DNA of 64,000 nt from an uncultured Acidobacteriota bacterium (GCA_963841895.1 CAWJEO010000006.1:36690-100689), one strand, 5' to 3'; positions 44,001 through 55,332 are shown, counted from the stretch's first letter. The notes: a model not told the origin generated them from the sequence alone. Numbers and translations: made by a program.

Positions 44001-44103
44001 TCCGAGCATTTGAGAACCTCGATGATGGCTCAGGATCAAGCCGCTTCTGGAGTTCGAAATTCATTTTGTCGCTTCGCTGCTCGCAACCCGACCATAACGG
44101 CGT

Positions 44104-44180
44104 GTTCATCATTCACGACCTGACCCCCTCCCCACCGGTCCGTGGCCACCCGTTCATGATTCATGACCTGACCCCACCCC
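44104..44180 (-). repeat. Two reverse REP-like copies
   Basis: ttcaYSattcaYgacctgacccc at 44104 and 44152. Confidence 0.85.
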
Positions 44181-44254
44181 TGGGATGAGCGGTGGGACGA
44201 AGGGGCAAGGGAGTGGCGCAGATCCTGCGTGGGTATGGCAAGATCCGCATCCTC

Positions 44255-46787
44255 ATGCGGCTCCGACAGCGACTGTGGACGACGGCCGTGCTCGCAGGGA
44301 CGACTGTTCTGGTGGTGGGAGTGATCGAACCGACGAGGGTCGGTGAGGAGGCCAGGTTCGACGAACCCGGGGCAGCGGCGCAGTACCGACGTCGAACGGC
44401 GTCGGCCGCTGGGCACCGCGGTCGACATGACGGCCCTCTACGACGCCGCCACCGCGGGGCTCGCGCGCCTCGGGCGCTTCTCTTCCGCCATCAACCGCGT
44501 GCTGCCCGACTCGCAGCCGCACTCGCGCGTGTGGTTCTCTGCCAATCGCGTGGTCGCGGCGACCGATCGCAGCGGCGTCACCGGAATCCTCGACGCCTGG
44601 ACGCCGCTCGGCCCCGGCAACATCGGCGGCCGCACGCGGGTCGTCCGTTTCCATCCGATCGTGCACACGACGCTGTTTGCGGCGGGCGTGTCCGGCGGCG
44701 TCTGGAAGAGCGACGACAACGGCATCACCTGGCGTCCAACCGGTGACGGCCTGGCGAACATCGCTGTGAATGCCCTCGCGATCGACCCGCAACGGCCGTC
44801 GGTGATGTTCGCGGGCACCGGCGAGGGCTACTTCCGCGAGGAGATTCGCGGCACCGGCCTGCCGCTGCGCGGCGGTGGCATCTTCGTGTCGAGCAACGAG
44901 GGCGGCTCGTGGCAGCGCCTGCCGGCGACCAATTCGCCCGACTTCCATTGGGTGAACGATCTCGAACTCGGCGTCGCCGACCCGCGCCGCATCTACGCCG
45001 CCACGCGCAGCGGCGTGTGGCGATCGCGAGACGCCGGTCAGACATGGGAGCGACTGCTCGAGACCAGCGTCCGCGGCGGCTGCCTCGATCTCGCGTTACG
45101 GCCCGACCGGTCGGAAGACGTGCTCTTCGCCTCGTGCGGATCGTACGAGCAGGCGACGGTGTACCGGTTCCCGCGCGCCAGCGAGCGTGACGAGGTGGAC
45201 GTGGTGTTGCGCGAGCCCGGCATGGGGCGTACCTCGCTCGCGATTGCCGCGTCGAACCCCGACGTGATGTACGCGCTCGCGGCGAGCAACGACGAAGGTC
45301 CCGGCGGCAACTACCGTCAGGGGCTGCTCGCCGTCTATCGATCCGATCGCGGCGGCACGGCCGGCAGCTGGCAGGCCAGGGTCACCAACCAGGATGGCAC
45401 GCTCCTCCACACGCTGCTGCTGACCAACGCCGCCTCGGCGAGCGTGCGCGTCTGCAATCCCCAGTCGCCGAACGCCGCGAACTCGGTTGTCAACATGGGC
45501 TGGTACACCAACGTCATCGCCGTCGATCCCCGCGATCCGGATCGCATCTGGGCGGCCGGCGTCGACTGGTTCCGTTCGGACGATGGCGGCAGGACGTGGG
45601 GCCTGGCGAGTTGGGGCGGCTCGGGCGCGTCGTACGCGCACGTCGACCAGCACGCGATGACGTTTCATCCGCAGTACGACGGCGCCGGCAATCAAACGGT
45701 GCTCATCGGCAACGATGGCGGGATCTTTCGCTCGACCAATGCCCGCGCGGCGTCGGCCACCGGCCCGCGCGCGGCGTGCGGCGGCACCGGAATCGCCGTG
45801 GCGTGGTCATCGCTCAACCGCGGATACGGCGTCACGCAGTTCTATCACGGCACGCCGTTTCCGGACGGATCGCGCTACGTCGGCGGCACGCAGGACAACG
45901 GCACCATTCTCGGCGGCGACGATGCCGGGGCGGATGGCTGGCGGCCGATCTACGGCGGCGACGGCGGGTTCACGGCGGTGAACCCGCAGGCCACGCAGAC
46001 GCTGTATGCCGAGTTCCAATGGTCCAGCCTCGCCCGCTCGAACGACGGCGGCACGACGTTCACCGCAATTCGCAATGGCCTCGACCCGGTGCGCTCCGAT
46101 ACGCTCGGGCCAGATGCCAACTATCTCTTCGTCACGCCGCTGGCGATGGATCCGGCACAGCCGCAGCGCCTGTGGCTTGGCGGCGAGTTCCTCTACCGTA
46201 CGACCAGCGGTGGCCAGACGGGATGGACCAAGGTCGGTGCCGCGATGCCGGACGGCGGTCTCGTGAGCGCGATTGCTGTCGCGCCAGGCGGCGACGGGCA
46301 GGTCGTTGCCGTCGGCACCAATCGCGGCCACGTCCTCCGCACGGTGAATGGTCTTGCCAATCCGGCGTCGGCCACCGCGTTCGACGTGTCACGGCCGCGC
46401 GAAGGGTGGGTCACCTCGATTGCCGTCGATCCGAATGACGCGAACACGTTCTACGCGACGTATGGCAGCTTTGGCGGGGGCCACGTGTTTCGGACCAGCA
46501 ATGGCGGCGTCAGCTGGCAGGGCATCGACGGCGTCGGCTCTGGCGTGCTCCCAGACGTGCCCGTCCACTCGCTCGTCGTCGATCCCAACGATTCGCAGCG
46601 GCTCTACCTCGGCACCGACCTCGGCGTCATGACCTCGATCGACGGCGGGCGGACGTGGATGGTCGAGGAAACGGGCTTTGGCCCGGCGGTGACGATGTGG
46701 CTGTCGTTGACCCGAACCCCCTCCGGGGAGACGTTCCTCTTCGCCTTTACGCACGGGCGAGGGGCGTGGCGCGTGCGGCTGCGGTGA
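44255..46787 (+). CDS. Secreted BNR/Asp-box beta-propeller glycosyl hydrolase-like protein
   Basis: WTPLGPGNIGGR, repeated SxDxGxTW boxes, HVDQH, GGTQDNG, FTHGRGAW; frameshift near 44390. Confidence 0.82.
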
Positions 46788-46800
46788 AGCCGGTCTGAAC

Positions 46801-47018
46801 CATAGGGGGTGGGGGTAGGGGTCAGGTCATGAATCATGAACGGCTGCTAGGAAAGCGCCGGGATGATCGCCGTTTCTGCGATCGTCGTCGCGCCGCAGGT
46901 CGCAAGTCTTACGTCCGGCCGATCCATCGCCATTCACGTTCACGATTCATGACCTGACCCCTACCCCCCACCCCTATGCTTCAACGCCTTGTTCATGATT
47001 CATGACCTGACCCCCCCC
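46801..47018. repeat. REP-like inverted pair (46801-46841 / 46938-46979) plus an extra reverse copy (46991-47018)
   Basis: Same family as the RAYT-flanking repeats. Confidence 0.9.
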
Positions 47019-47019
47019 G

Positions 47020-47451
47020 CCAGAGTCCCGCCCGCCGCGGCGGCGGCGCGGGAAGTCGGCATCGATCCGTCTCATGGCGATTGCCCTGTCGCTCGTGATC
47101 GTGGCCGTGCTGCTGCTGTCGGCGGCAGGGATCTACGCGCTGATGTCGTTCACGGTGTCGCAGCGACGGAAAGAGATCGGGATTCGGGTTGCGCTCGGCG
47201 CCAATGCGCGGACGCTGTTCGCGAGCATTTTCGCGCGCGCCCGCGGTCAACTCGCGTTGGGTGCGGTGTTCGGACTTGCGACCGCGCTGTCGGCCGACCA
47301 TTTGAGCGGCGGCACGCTCTTCGGGAAGGAAGCCGTTGTCCTGCTGCCCACGATGTCAGGAGGGATGGTGATCGTCGGGCTGCTGGCGGCAGTGGGCCCG
47401 GCACGCCGCGGGCTGCGGGTCCAACCGACGCAAGCGCTGCGGGACGAGTGA
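47020..47451 (+). pseudogene. Orphan C-terminal FtsX fragment of an ADOP permease
   Basis: AAGIYALMSFTVSQRRKEIGIRVALGA...PTQALRDE; begins at a REP copy. Confidence 0.7.
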
Positions 47452-47485
47452 CGCCGACACTGCCGATCTGTGATCGGTGATCCGC

Positions 47486-47585
47486 GTCAGTGTCCAGTTA
47501 CCAGTTGCCAGTTCAAAGGGCCAGCTTGCCCGAATCGCCAGGCTGAGGGCCCTTTTGAACTGGTAACTGTGAACTGGAAACTGAC
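47486..47585. repeat. MITE-like heptamer palindrome GTCAG(TTTCCAG)n TTCAAAGGG...CCCTTTGAA(CTGGAAA)n CTGAC, copy 1
   Basis: Inverted arms shared with the copies at 52323 and 59843. Confidence 0.85.
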
Positions 47586-47606
47586 AAGCACGTAGCAACG
47601 CTGGCC

Positions 47607-49562
47607 CTACTGGCGAACCCAGACGCGCATCTCAGAGGGGCCGCGGTTTGCCCAGGCGAAGTAAGGGATCGCAACGAATGGCCGAGGCTTGCCGCTCCCG
47701 CCCACGTCCGTGCCGTCACCGGCGAGTACCTGAATGCCGCCCAGCAAATCGTTGCGAATCACGGTTCTGATGTCGGCGTCGACGGGTATCCGCAGGCGCT
47801 CGAGGTCCGGGCCGTTGTCCACGCTCTCGAGCGCGTAGACCAGCGGCCCGCGTTGCAGGGCGATGCGGCCATGCGTATCGGCCACCTTGGGATGCGCGAC
47901 GAGGCGCTGGACCGGCATGGGGAAGTGGATGTGAACGACGTCGCCGCTGCGCCACTCGCGGGCGATGCGGGCAAAGCCGCGATCCAGCGTTATCCGCACG
48001 GCTTGGCCGTTCACCACGGCGGTTGGCGTGGGGAGATTGGTATCCATCAGGCGGTAGAGATCGCTGTTGACGAGCCGGCCTTGCGCCCAGCCTGGTACGT
48101 GCAGCGCCAGCGTCGCCGTCGTCGTCTTGTCGGGCTCGACGCGCAGCTCGATGTTGCCGTCCCAGGGATATCGCGTGCGTTGCGTCAGCCGGATGGGCGT
48201 GCCGCCGATCGTCAGGCGCGCCTCGCTGCTCCCGTACAGCGTCACGTACATCGTCGGACCTTCCGACGCGTACATCAGTCCGGGCAGCGCCGCCAGTGTG
48301 CGGGCGAGATTGGCGGGGCAGCAGGCGACGTCGAAGTAGGCGCTGCGCGCGACCTTGCCGTCGGAGGCGAGCGGGTTCTGATAGAAGAAGCGATCGCCTG
48401 ACGTCGAGACGCCGGACAGCGCGCCGTTGTAGAGGACGAGCTCGGCGAGGTCGAGATACTGGCCGTCGCCGGTCAGCCGGAACATCCGCACTGCCCACTG
48501 TTCGAGGCCGATCGCCGCACATGTTTCGGTGTAGGCGGTTCGACTCGGCAGCTCGTAATCGTCGCCGAACGATTCGGTGCCGCTACGGGCGCCGATGCCG
48601 CCGGTGACGTACAGGCGCTTGCCGATGACGTCTCGAAACAGCGCCTCGAGCGTGGTGCGATACGCCGGGCGATCGACGCGGAGCGCGACGTCGGCCATGC
48701 CGGCGTACATGTAGGTCGCGCGCACGGCGTGACCAACCGCGCGGTCCTGTTCGACGACCGGCCGATGATCCTGCCGGTATTCGCGGTCGTTGTACATCGC
48801 AAACGGGCCGTCGGGGTACGGCTCGGTCTGGTGCTCCCTGCCGCGCTGGTCGAGAAACCACTCCGCGAGCTGGGTATACGCGGGGTTCCCGCTCGCTTCC
48901 CCGAGGCGCACGAGCGCGAGCTCGATCTCTTGATGTCCGGGAACGGCGGTCCGCTTGCCAGGACCGAAGACCGAGCGCACGAGATCGGCGTTCTTGATCG
49001 CGACATCGAGCAGGGTTCGCTTGCCGGTGTTGGCGAAATGGGCGACGGCCGCCTCGTACAGGTGCCCGGCGTTGTAGAGCTCGTGGCTGCCGTTCAGGTG
49101 CACCCATCGCACCGGTCCCGCGCCGGGCGCCGGCTCCTTCGGATTGATGGTCCGCGCTGGATAGAGATAGCCGTCGGGTTCCTGAGCTGCGGCGATCAGC
49201 GCGATCAGGTCGTCGAGCTGCTTGTCGAGGGCGGGGTTGGGATGGCGGTGGAGCGTATACGACGCGGCTTCGATAGCCTTGTAAACGTCCGTGTCGTTGA
49301 ACCGGCGCCCTTGATAGGCGCCGGTCGCGCGACGCGCGGCACGAGCGAAGTTGGCGACGCGGCCGGTCACTTCGTTCTGCCGCATGATGTGTGGAATCGT
49401 GACCTCGCGGTTGATCGCGAGGCGCTGCTGCCAGAAGCCGTCGAGCAATTCCACAGACGCAGCTGGCGTCTGAACGATGGCCGGCGCCGGACGAGTCTGC
49501 GCGAGTCCGGCTCCGACAATCGAGACCATCAACGCGGGCACCAGCGGGATCCGCATCGTCAC
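47607..49562 (-). CDS. GH127 beta-L-arabinofuranosidase-like protein
   Basis: HELYNAGHLYEAAVA, GHAVRA, YTETCAAIG, CCPAN, IPYFAWANRG. Confidence 0.92.
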   Translation of the reverse strand: MTMRIPLVPALMVSIVGAGLAQTRPAPAIVQTPAASVELLDGFWQQRLAINREVTIPHIMRQNEVTGRVANFARAARRATGAYQGRRFNDTDVYKAIEAASYTLHRHPNPALDKQLDDLIALIAAAQEPDGYLYPARTINPKEPAPGAGPVRWVHLNGSHELYNAGHLYEAAVAHFANTGKRTLLDVAIKNADLVRSVFGPGKRTAVPGHQEIELALVRLGEASGNPAYTQLAEWFLDQRGREHQTEPYPDGPFAMYNDREYRQDHRPVVEQDRAVGHAVRATYMYAGMADVALRVDRPAYRTTLEALFRDVIGKRLYVTGGIGARSGTESFGDDYELPSRTAYTETCAAIGLEQWAVRMFRLTGDGQYLDLAELVLYNGALSGVSTSGDRFFYQNPLASDGKVARSAYFDVACCPANLARTLAALPGLMYASEGPTMYVTLYGSSEARLTIGGTPIRLTQRTRYPWDGNIELRVEPDKTTTATLALHVPGWAQGRLVNSDLYRLMDTNLPTPTAVVNGQAVRITLDRGFARIAREWRSGDVVHIHFPMPVQRLVAHPKVADTHGRIALQRGPLVYALESVDNGPDLERLRIPVDADIRTVIRNDLLGGIQVLAGDGTDVGGSGKPRPFVAIPYFAWANRGPSEMRVWVRQ

Positions 49563-50508
49563 CTCGCAGCGCGGGTTCGCGCGCGCAGGGCGCGCAGGAC
49601 TTTTTCGAAATCGCCGGGCAGCGGCGCCTCGACGCGAATCTCCGCGCCGGTCAGGGGATGTGGAAACGCCAGCCGCCAGGCGTGCAGCATCTGCCGCATC
49701 GGCGCACTAGTCCTACCAGCCCGACTTGCCCCACCCGCCCCACTTGCCCCACCTGCCCACCCCGCCCCACCTGCCCCACTCGCCCCGTATACCTCGTCAC
49801 CGATTAACGGATGTCCCAGCGACTGCATATGCAATCGAATCTGATGCTGCCGCCCGGTGTCCAGCTCGAGCTCGATCAGCGCCGCGTCGTCGAAGCGCTC
49901 ACGGACGGCGTAGTGCGTCACTGCCTCGCGCCCGCTCTCGTTGGGGCGCGCCAGGCGTCGCCTCCCACTCGCGTAGACGTTGGACAGGGCGGCTTCAATC
50001 GTTCCACCCTCCCGTCGGGGATGCCGCGGACGATCGCAAGATAGTGACGCTCGAACTCGTGCGCCGCGAAGAGCTCGCGCCCTTGCGCATGCGCCTCGCG
50101 GCTGAGCGCGAGCGCCATCGCGCCCGAGGTGTCGCGGTCGAGCCGATGGAGCAGCCCGGCATACCCATGCCGTCCATGGAGGTGCGTGGCATAGGCCTTC
50201 GCGCGGGCGAGAACGGTGTCTTCGTAGTGCCGGCTCTCGGCGGCGGTGGCCATCGACAGAAGCCCGGCAGGCTTGTCGATCACGAGGACGTCAGCGTCCT
50301 CGTAGAGCCGCGGCAGATCGAGTCGCGCGTGAGGCTGCCGTTTCCGCGAGGGATCGAAGTCGATGGCGGCTCGGGCGGCGACCGGCGCGCCAGGATCGCG
50401 GACGATTTCGCCGTCAACCATCACCTGCCCGCGCTCGATCGCGTCGCGGATCCGTGTCCACGACAAATCCGGTGTCATCGCACGCATGCGCCGATCGAGC
50501 CGTTCCAC
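49559..50508 (-). CDS. RluA/RluD-family pseudouridine synthase with S4 domain, frameshifted
   Basis: DKPAGLL, HRLDRDTSG, TGRQHQIRLH, GHPLIGDEVY, QMLHA. Confidence 0.88.
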
Positions 50509-50548
50509 GTTGAACCTCGGAACTTCGGAACTCGACTCGGAACTTCGT

Positions 50549-52275
50549 CTACGGCGCTGACGGCGGCGGCACCCTGCGACGCGTCGCCTGCTCGAAGGCA
50601 TAGGCGAGCTCGATCAGGCGCGGTTCTGCGCAGGCCATGCCGGTGAAGCTGACGCCGTACGGTCCCGGCCGCGCTTCGAATCCCGCGGGGAAGGGCGGCG
50701 TCGGCGCGTTCGGGGCCATGCCGAACGGCACGATCACCGTCGGGTAGCCGGGCTTCGCGGCAATCGCCGCGCCGCTCGCAGCCGGGAACAGCAGGGCATC
50801 GAGTTTCTGCGCCTTCATGACTTCGTCGATGCCGTGCGCCGCGGAGACCTGCAGATCGCGGGCGCGGTCGGCCTCGTAGCGGGCCTTGTCGCGCTGCAGA
50901 TCCATTTCGTCCGAGATGTCGAGCTGCGACTGGCCGTACTTGATAGTGCCGCGATTGGTATGTGCCGTGTTGAACGCCCGCAGGTCCGACAACGTCTTGA
51001 ACGGCGCGCGGTCGCCGAGCGACGCGAGCCAGGCGTTGAAATCGCGCTTCATCCCGTACTTGAAGACGATCGAGCATTTGTCGTCCTTGCCGCGCGCGTT
51101 GTCGGCGCCCGAGCAGGTACTCCACACGAGAAAATTCGTCGCTTCGCTCGGATCGGTCACGCTGGGGATGTCGGCAGGATCCACGATGGTCGCGCCCTGT
51201 TGCTTGAGCACGTCAATCGCCGCCGTCATCACCTTGAGCTGATCGGCGTTGAGCCCGCCGCGCGCTTCGGTCGTCCCTGGCGGAGTGACCGAGGTGTAGT
51301 AGAACGCGCGCGGAATGCCGATGCGCGCGCCTTTCAGACCGTCGGCCTTGAGGTGCGGGGTGTAGTCGCGATTGGCCGGCGGCGTGCAGCGGCTCGTCGC
51401 CGCGTCGTTGGGATCGGGCGAACCGCTTTCGAGCACGCCCATCAGCAGCGCGGCATCGGCGACGAACTTCGCCATCGGCCCGGCGGTGTCCTGGTCGGCG
51501 GTGATTGGAATCACGCCGTAGCGGCTGATGCGGCCAACCGTCGGCTTGATCGCGGCGAGCATGTTCTGGTTGGCCGGGCTGAGAATCGACCCCGAGGTTT
51601 CGGTCCCGACGTTGGCAGCCCAGAAGTTGGCGGCGGTGCCGACGCCGGAGCTCGATCCGCCGGTGTTGAGCACCGGCCGTCCGTCGCCCGTTTGCTCGCG
51701 CGGATCGCGGCGCGGGTCGTAGGGGTTGAGGCCGTAGCCGCTGAGCCCGGTGTAGTTGCCAGGCATCGGGGTCGGGGCGCCGGCGACCCAGTTCGCGAGC
51801 TCGGTCAGGTTGGTCTTGGCAATGATGATCGCGCCGGCGTCGCGCAGGTTCTTGGTAATCGTCGCGTCGTAAGCAGGAATCAACCCCTCAAAGGCCACCG
51901 CGCCGCCGGTCGTCGGCATGTCGGTGGTGTGGACGTTGTCCTTGAGCGCGATCGGGATGCCGTGGAGCGGCCCGCGCACCTTGCCCGAGGCCCGTTCCGT
52001 GTCACGCTCTTCCGCTTCTTTGAGCGCGTTGGGGTTGACGTGGAGCGTCGCGTTGAACCGATCTTCGTAAAGGGCGATCCGGGTCAGGTACTGCTGCACG
52101 ATCGCCTTCGACGTCGTGCGTCCTTCTTCCATCGCCTTCCGCAGATCGGCAATCGAGGTCTCGACGACGCTGACGGGCGCGGCGGGCGTGGCTGCGGGCG
52201 CCGGTTCGCGTCCGACACGAGAACGGTGATCAGCGCGACGACGAGAAGCGAAGGAACGCGGCGGGAGCGAGGCAT
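50549..52275 (-). CDS. Secreted amidase (AS family)
   Basis: GPLHGIPIALKDN, GGSSSG, GTETSGSI; signal peptide in the 52275 frame. Confidence 0.9.
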
Positions 52276-52322
52276 TCCGAGAGAATAGCGTCAATTCGGC
52301 GCGCGGATCACTTGCGCGCCGC

Positions 52323-52431
52323 GTCAGTTTCCAGTTTCCAGTTGACAGTTCAAAGGGCGCGTCAGTGCCACTACCGACTGTGAGGAAACTGAGATGCCCT
52401 TTGAACTGGGAACTGACAACTGGAAACTGAC
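52323..52431. repeat. MITE-like heptamer palindrome, copy 2
   Basis: gtcagtttccagtttccagttgacagttcaaaggg ... ccctttgaactgggaactgacaactggaaactgac. Confidence 0.85.
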
Positions 52432-52647
52432 GGCCGGTGAGCCTTCTGACGTCGGCGCACGTCGCTTGGCCCGGTCGGCGGTACGCCGCCGGGCACGGGT
52501 TTCGGCGACGGCGACGCATCGGGCGGCACCGTTGGCGGCGTTCCGGGCAACGGTGGAGCCGGTACGGGGGGCTCGGGACGCCCGGGGGATCCTGGCGACT
52601 CGGGCGAGGTCGGCAACTGTCCACTCATACGTCGTAGACTGGAGCAA

Positions 52648-53813
52648 ATGGCGGACCAACCCACGCGCCGCGCGGACGAGGCCCAGCCCGACCGCCGCGA
52701 TGAGGCCGGGGTTCGCCATCCCGCGCTGGATCGGCGTCTCACCCGCCGGACGTTTCTCGAAGCCGGGCTGGCGACGCCGTTGGTGGCCGCGGCCGCGCGC
52801 ACCGCGTCAGCTCAAAACGCGTGGCGAAATTTCGAGATCACCGTGCGCGTCGATCTCGTCGATGCTGAGGGATCGAGCCGGCTCTGGCTGCCGCTCGCCA
52901 TCGCTCGGGTCACGCCCTATCAGCGCGCGCTCGCGCAGACCTGGACCGGTGACGGCGCGACGGTGGAGCTCTACGGCGATCCGGCTTCAGCCGCGCCGAT
53001 GCTCGATCGCCGACTGGCCCGCGACCGCGAAGACGCGGACGTTGACCTTGACGATGAGGGTCGCCACGCGCGGCCATCGGGTGTCGCTCGAGCGTCCGGC
53101 GGCGATTCGCGACGTCGACGAGCGCGTTGACGTCTATCTCCGGCCTACCCGGATGATCCCCACCACGGGGATCGTCCGCGACACCGCGCTGAAGATCGTG
53201 CAAGGCCATGCGAGCGCGTTGTCGCGCGCCCGGGCGATCTACGACTGGATCGTCGACAACACCTTCCGCGATCCGTCGGTGAAGGGCTGCGGCCTCGGCG
53301 ATATCCGGTGGATGCTCGAGTCGGGAACGTTCGGCGGCAAGTGCGCCGATCTGAACGGGCTGTTCGTCGGCCTCTGCCGATCGGTCGGCCTCCCGGCGCG
53401 CGATCTGTACGGCCTTCGCGTCGCGCCTTCGGAGCGGTTCCAAAGCCTCGGCCGTCGCGGCGACGTGACGGCGGGCCAGCATTGCCGCGCCGAAGTGTGG
53501 GTCGATGAGTTCGGCTGGATCCCCGTCGATCCGGCGGACGTGCGCAAGGTGGTGCTCGAAGAGGAGCCGCTCGGCACCGTCAACTCGCCGCAGGCCCGGT
53601 TCGCCCGCGCGCAGCTCTTCGGATCGTGGGAGATGAACTGGATCGCGTTCAACGATGCCCATGATGTGCGCCCTCCCGGGATCGAAGGGACCGCTGCTGC
53701 CGTTTCTCATGTATCCGCAGGCCGAGGTGGGCGGCGTGCGCCGCGACAGCCTCGATCCGGCGTCGTTCAGCTACCGGATTACGGCGATCGAAGTGGCTAC
53801 GACGGGAATGTAA
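52648..53813 (+). CDS. Tat-exported transglutaminase-like protein, frameshifted
   Basis: LTRRTFL; GGKCADLN, QHCRAEV, WIPVDPADVRK. Confidence 0.85.
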
Positions 53814-53942
53814 TGATCTGGCGATGTGGCGATCTGACTGATCGCAACCATGAACTGACAAAGCCGCTCCGTACGACTGCACTGATCACTATTCACGATC
53901 CGACATTCCAAGATCGCCACATCAACACATCACCAGATCCAG

Positions 53943-54658
53943 ATGCCTCGTCAACTCGCTCGGCCAACCGATCGGTGATCCCGTCTCAGGGTGGCGCCCT
54001 CCGCATTCGCCGGCGCGCGTCGTCTTGAAGGGACGCTACTGCGTGCTCGAGCCGCTCGACGCGGCGCGGCACACGCGTGATCTGTGGGCCGCGTACGCGA
54101 CCGCAGACGATCTGCGCCACTGGACCTATCTCATCAACGGACCGTTCGACTCGCTCGGCGAGTACCGAGTCGTGGGTGTCGCGCGCGGTCTTGACGACCG
54201 ACCCGCTGTTCTACGCCGTCATTCAGGCGGGACGGGCCGTGGGCGTCGCCGCGTACCTTCGGATCGCGCCGGAGGCCGGATCGATCGAGGTCGGGCACAT
54301 CAACTTCTCGCCGCTGCTGCAGCGGACGCCGGCGGCGACGGAGGCGATGTTCCTGATGATGCGGCAGGCCTTCGAGCTCGGCTATCGCCGCTACGAGTGG
54401 AAGTGCGACTCGCTCAACGCGCCGTCGCGGGCCGCGGCGCAGCGGCTGGGGCTGTCGTACGAGGGCATCTTCCGTCAGGCGCTCGTCTACAAGGAGCGCA
54501 ACCGCGACTCCGCGTGGTACGCGGCGATCGACACCGAGTGGCCGGCGCTCGAAGCCGCGTTCGAACGCTGGCTCTCGCCGGATAATTTCGACGCGGACGG
54601 CCGCCAGAAGGCGCGACTCTCAGAGCTCACCGCGCCGGTGCTCGTCAGCCGCGGGTGA
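53943..54658 (+). CDS. RimJ/RimL-type GNAT acetyltransferase, frameshifted
   Basis: IEVGHI, GYRRYEWKC, EGIFRQ, RNRDSAWY. Confidence 0.88.
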
Positions 54659-54670
54659 GAAGCCACGGCT

Positions 54671-54808
54671 GTCAGTTACGAAGTTACAAGTTCAAAGTTC
54701 AAAGTTCGAAGGTCCCGAGTGCTTCGTGCTTCGTGCTGCGGGCGCTGACGCGGTGAACGTCGCACGGCGCACTCAACTTTGAACTCGTAACTTGTAGCCT
54801 GAGACTGC
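54671..54808. repeat. Heptamer palindrome (AAGTT[C/A]A)n ... (TGAACTT)n
   Basis: Tandem 7-mers with inverted halves. Confidence 0.75.
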
Positions 54809-55288
54809 CTACCAGGTCCACCTTCCCGCCGGCGGCGGCCACGTGCCCATCATCTGCCGCAGCGTAATCACCTGGCCGAGGTGATGGGCGTTGTGCAGCG
54901 CGAGGTGAATGAGCGCGTCGCCGACGGTGTACTGGGCGAGGTGGCCGAACTCGAGCGGCGGCGCAATCGGCTGCGCGGTCCGGCCCTCGTCCTCGGCGAG
55001 CGTCAGGGCCCGCTTGAAGCCGCCGTTGAAGCGGTCGTACACCTCGTCCCATGACATGGCGGTGACCGCGGGCCAGCCGAGCTCGGCGCGCGGCGGCGCC
55101 GGCACCGTCAGGCCGTCGCAGCAATCCAGGAACCACTGTTGCCAGAAGGCCATGTGCGCCACGATCTCGGCGATCGTGTGCTCGGCATTGTCCGGCCGCG
55201 CCGACGCCTCGGCGGTGGTCAGTCCCGCGAGCGTGGCATCGGCGGGCAGATACGAGTGGGCTCCACGAAGGACGGAATGTAGGCGCAT
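54809..55288 (-). CDS. DinB/YfiT family protein
   Basis: HTIAEIVAHM..WQ, LHNAHHLGQ. Confidence 0.85.
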   Translation of the reverse strand: MRLHSVLRGAHSYLPADATLAGLTTAEASARPDNAEHTIAEIVAHMAFWQQWFLDCCDGLTVPAPPRAELGWPAVTAMSWDEVYDRFNGGFKRALTLAEDEGRTAQPIAPPLEFGHLAQYTVGDALIHLALHNAHHLGQVITLRQMMGTWPPPAGRWTW

Positions 55289-55299
55289 GACGTCGGCTT

Positions 55300-55332
55300 A
55301 ACTTTGAACTTTGAACTTGTAACTTGTCACTC
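55300..55332. repeat. Heptamer run, perfect 26-bp inverse of 54681-54706
   Basis: aactttgaactttgaacttgtaactt. Confidence 0.8.
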
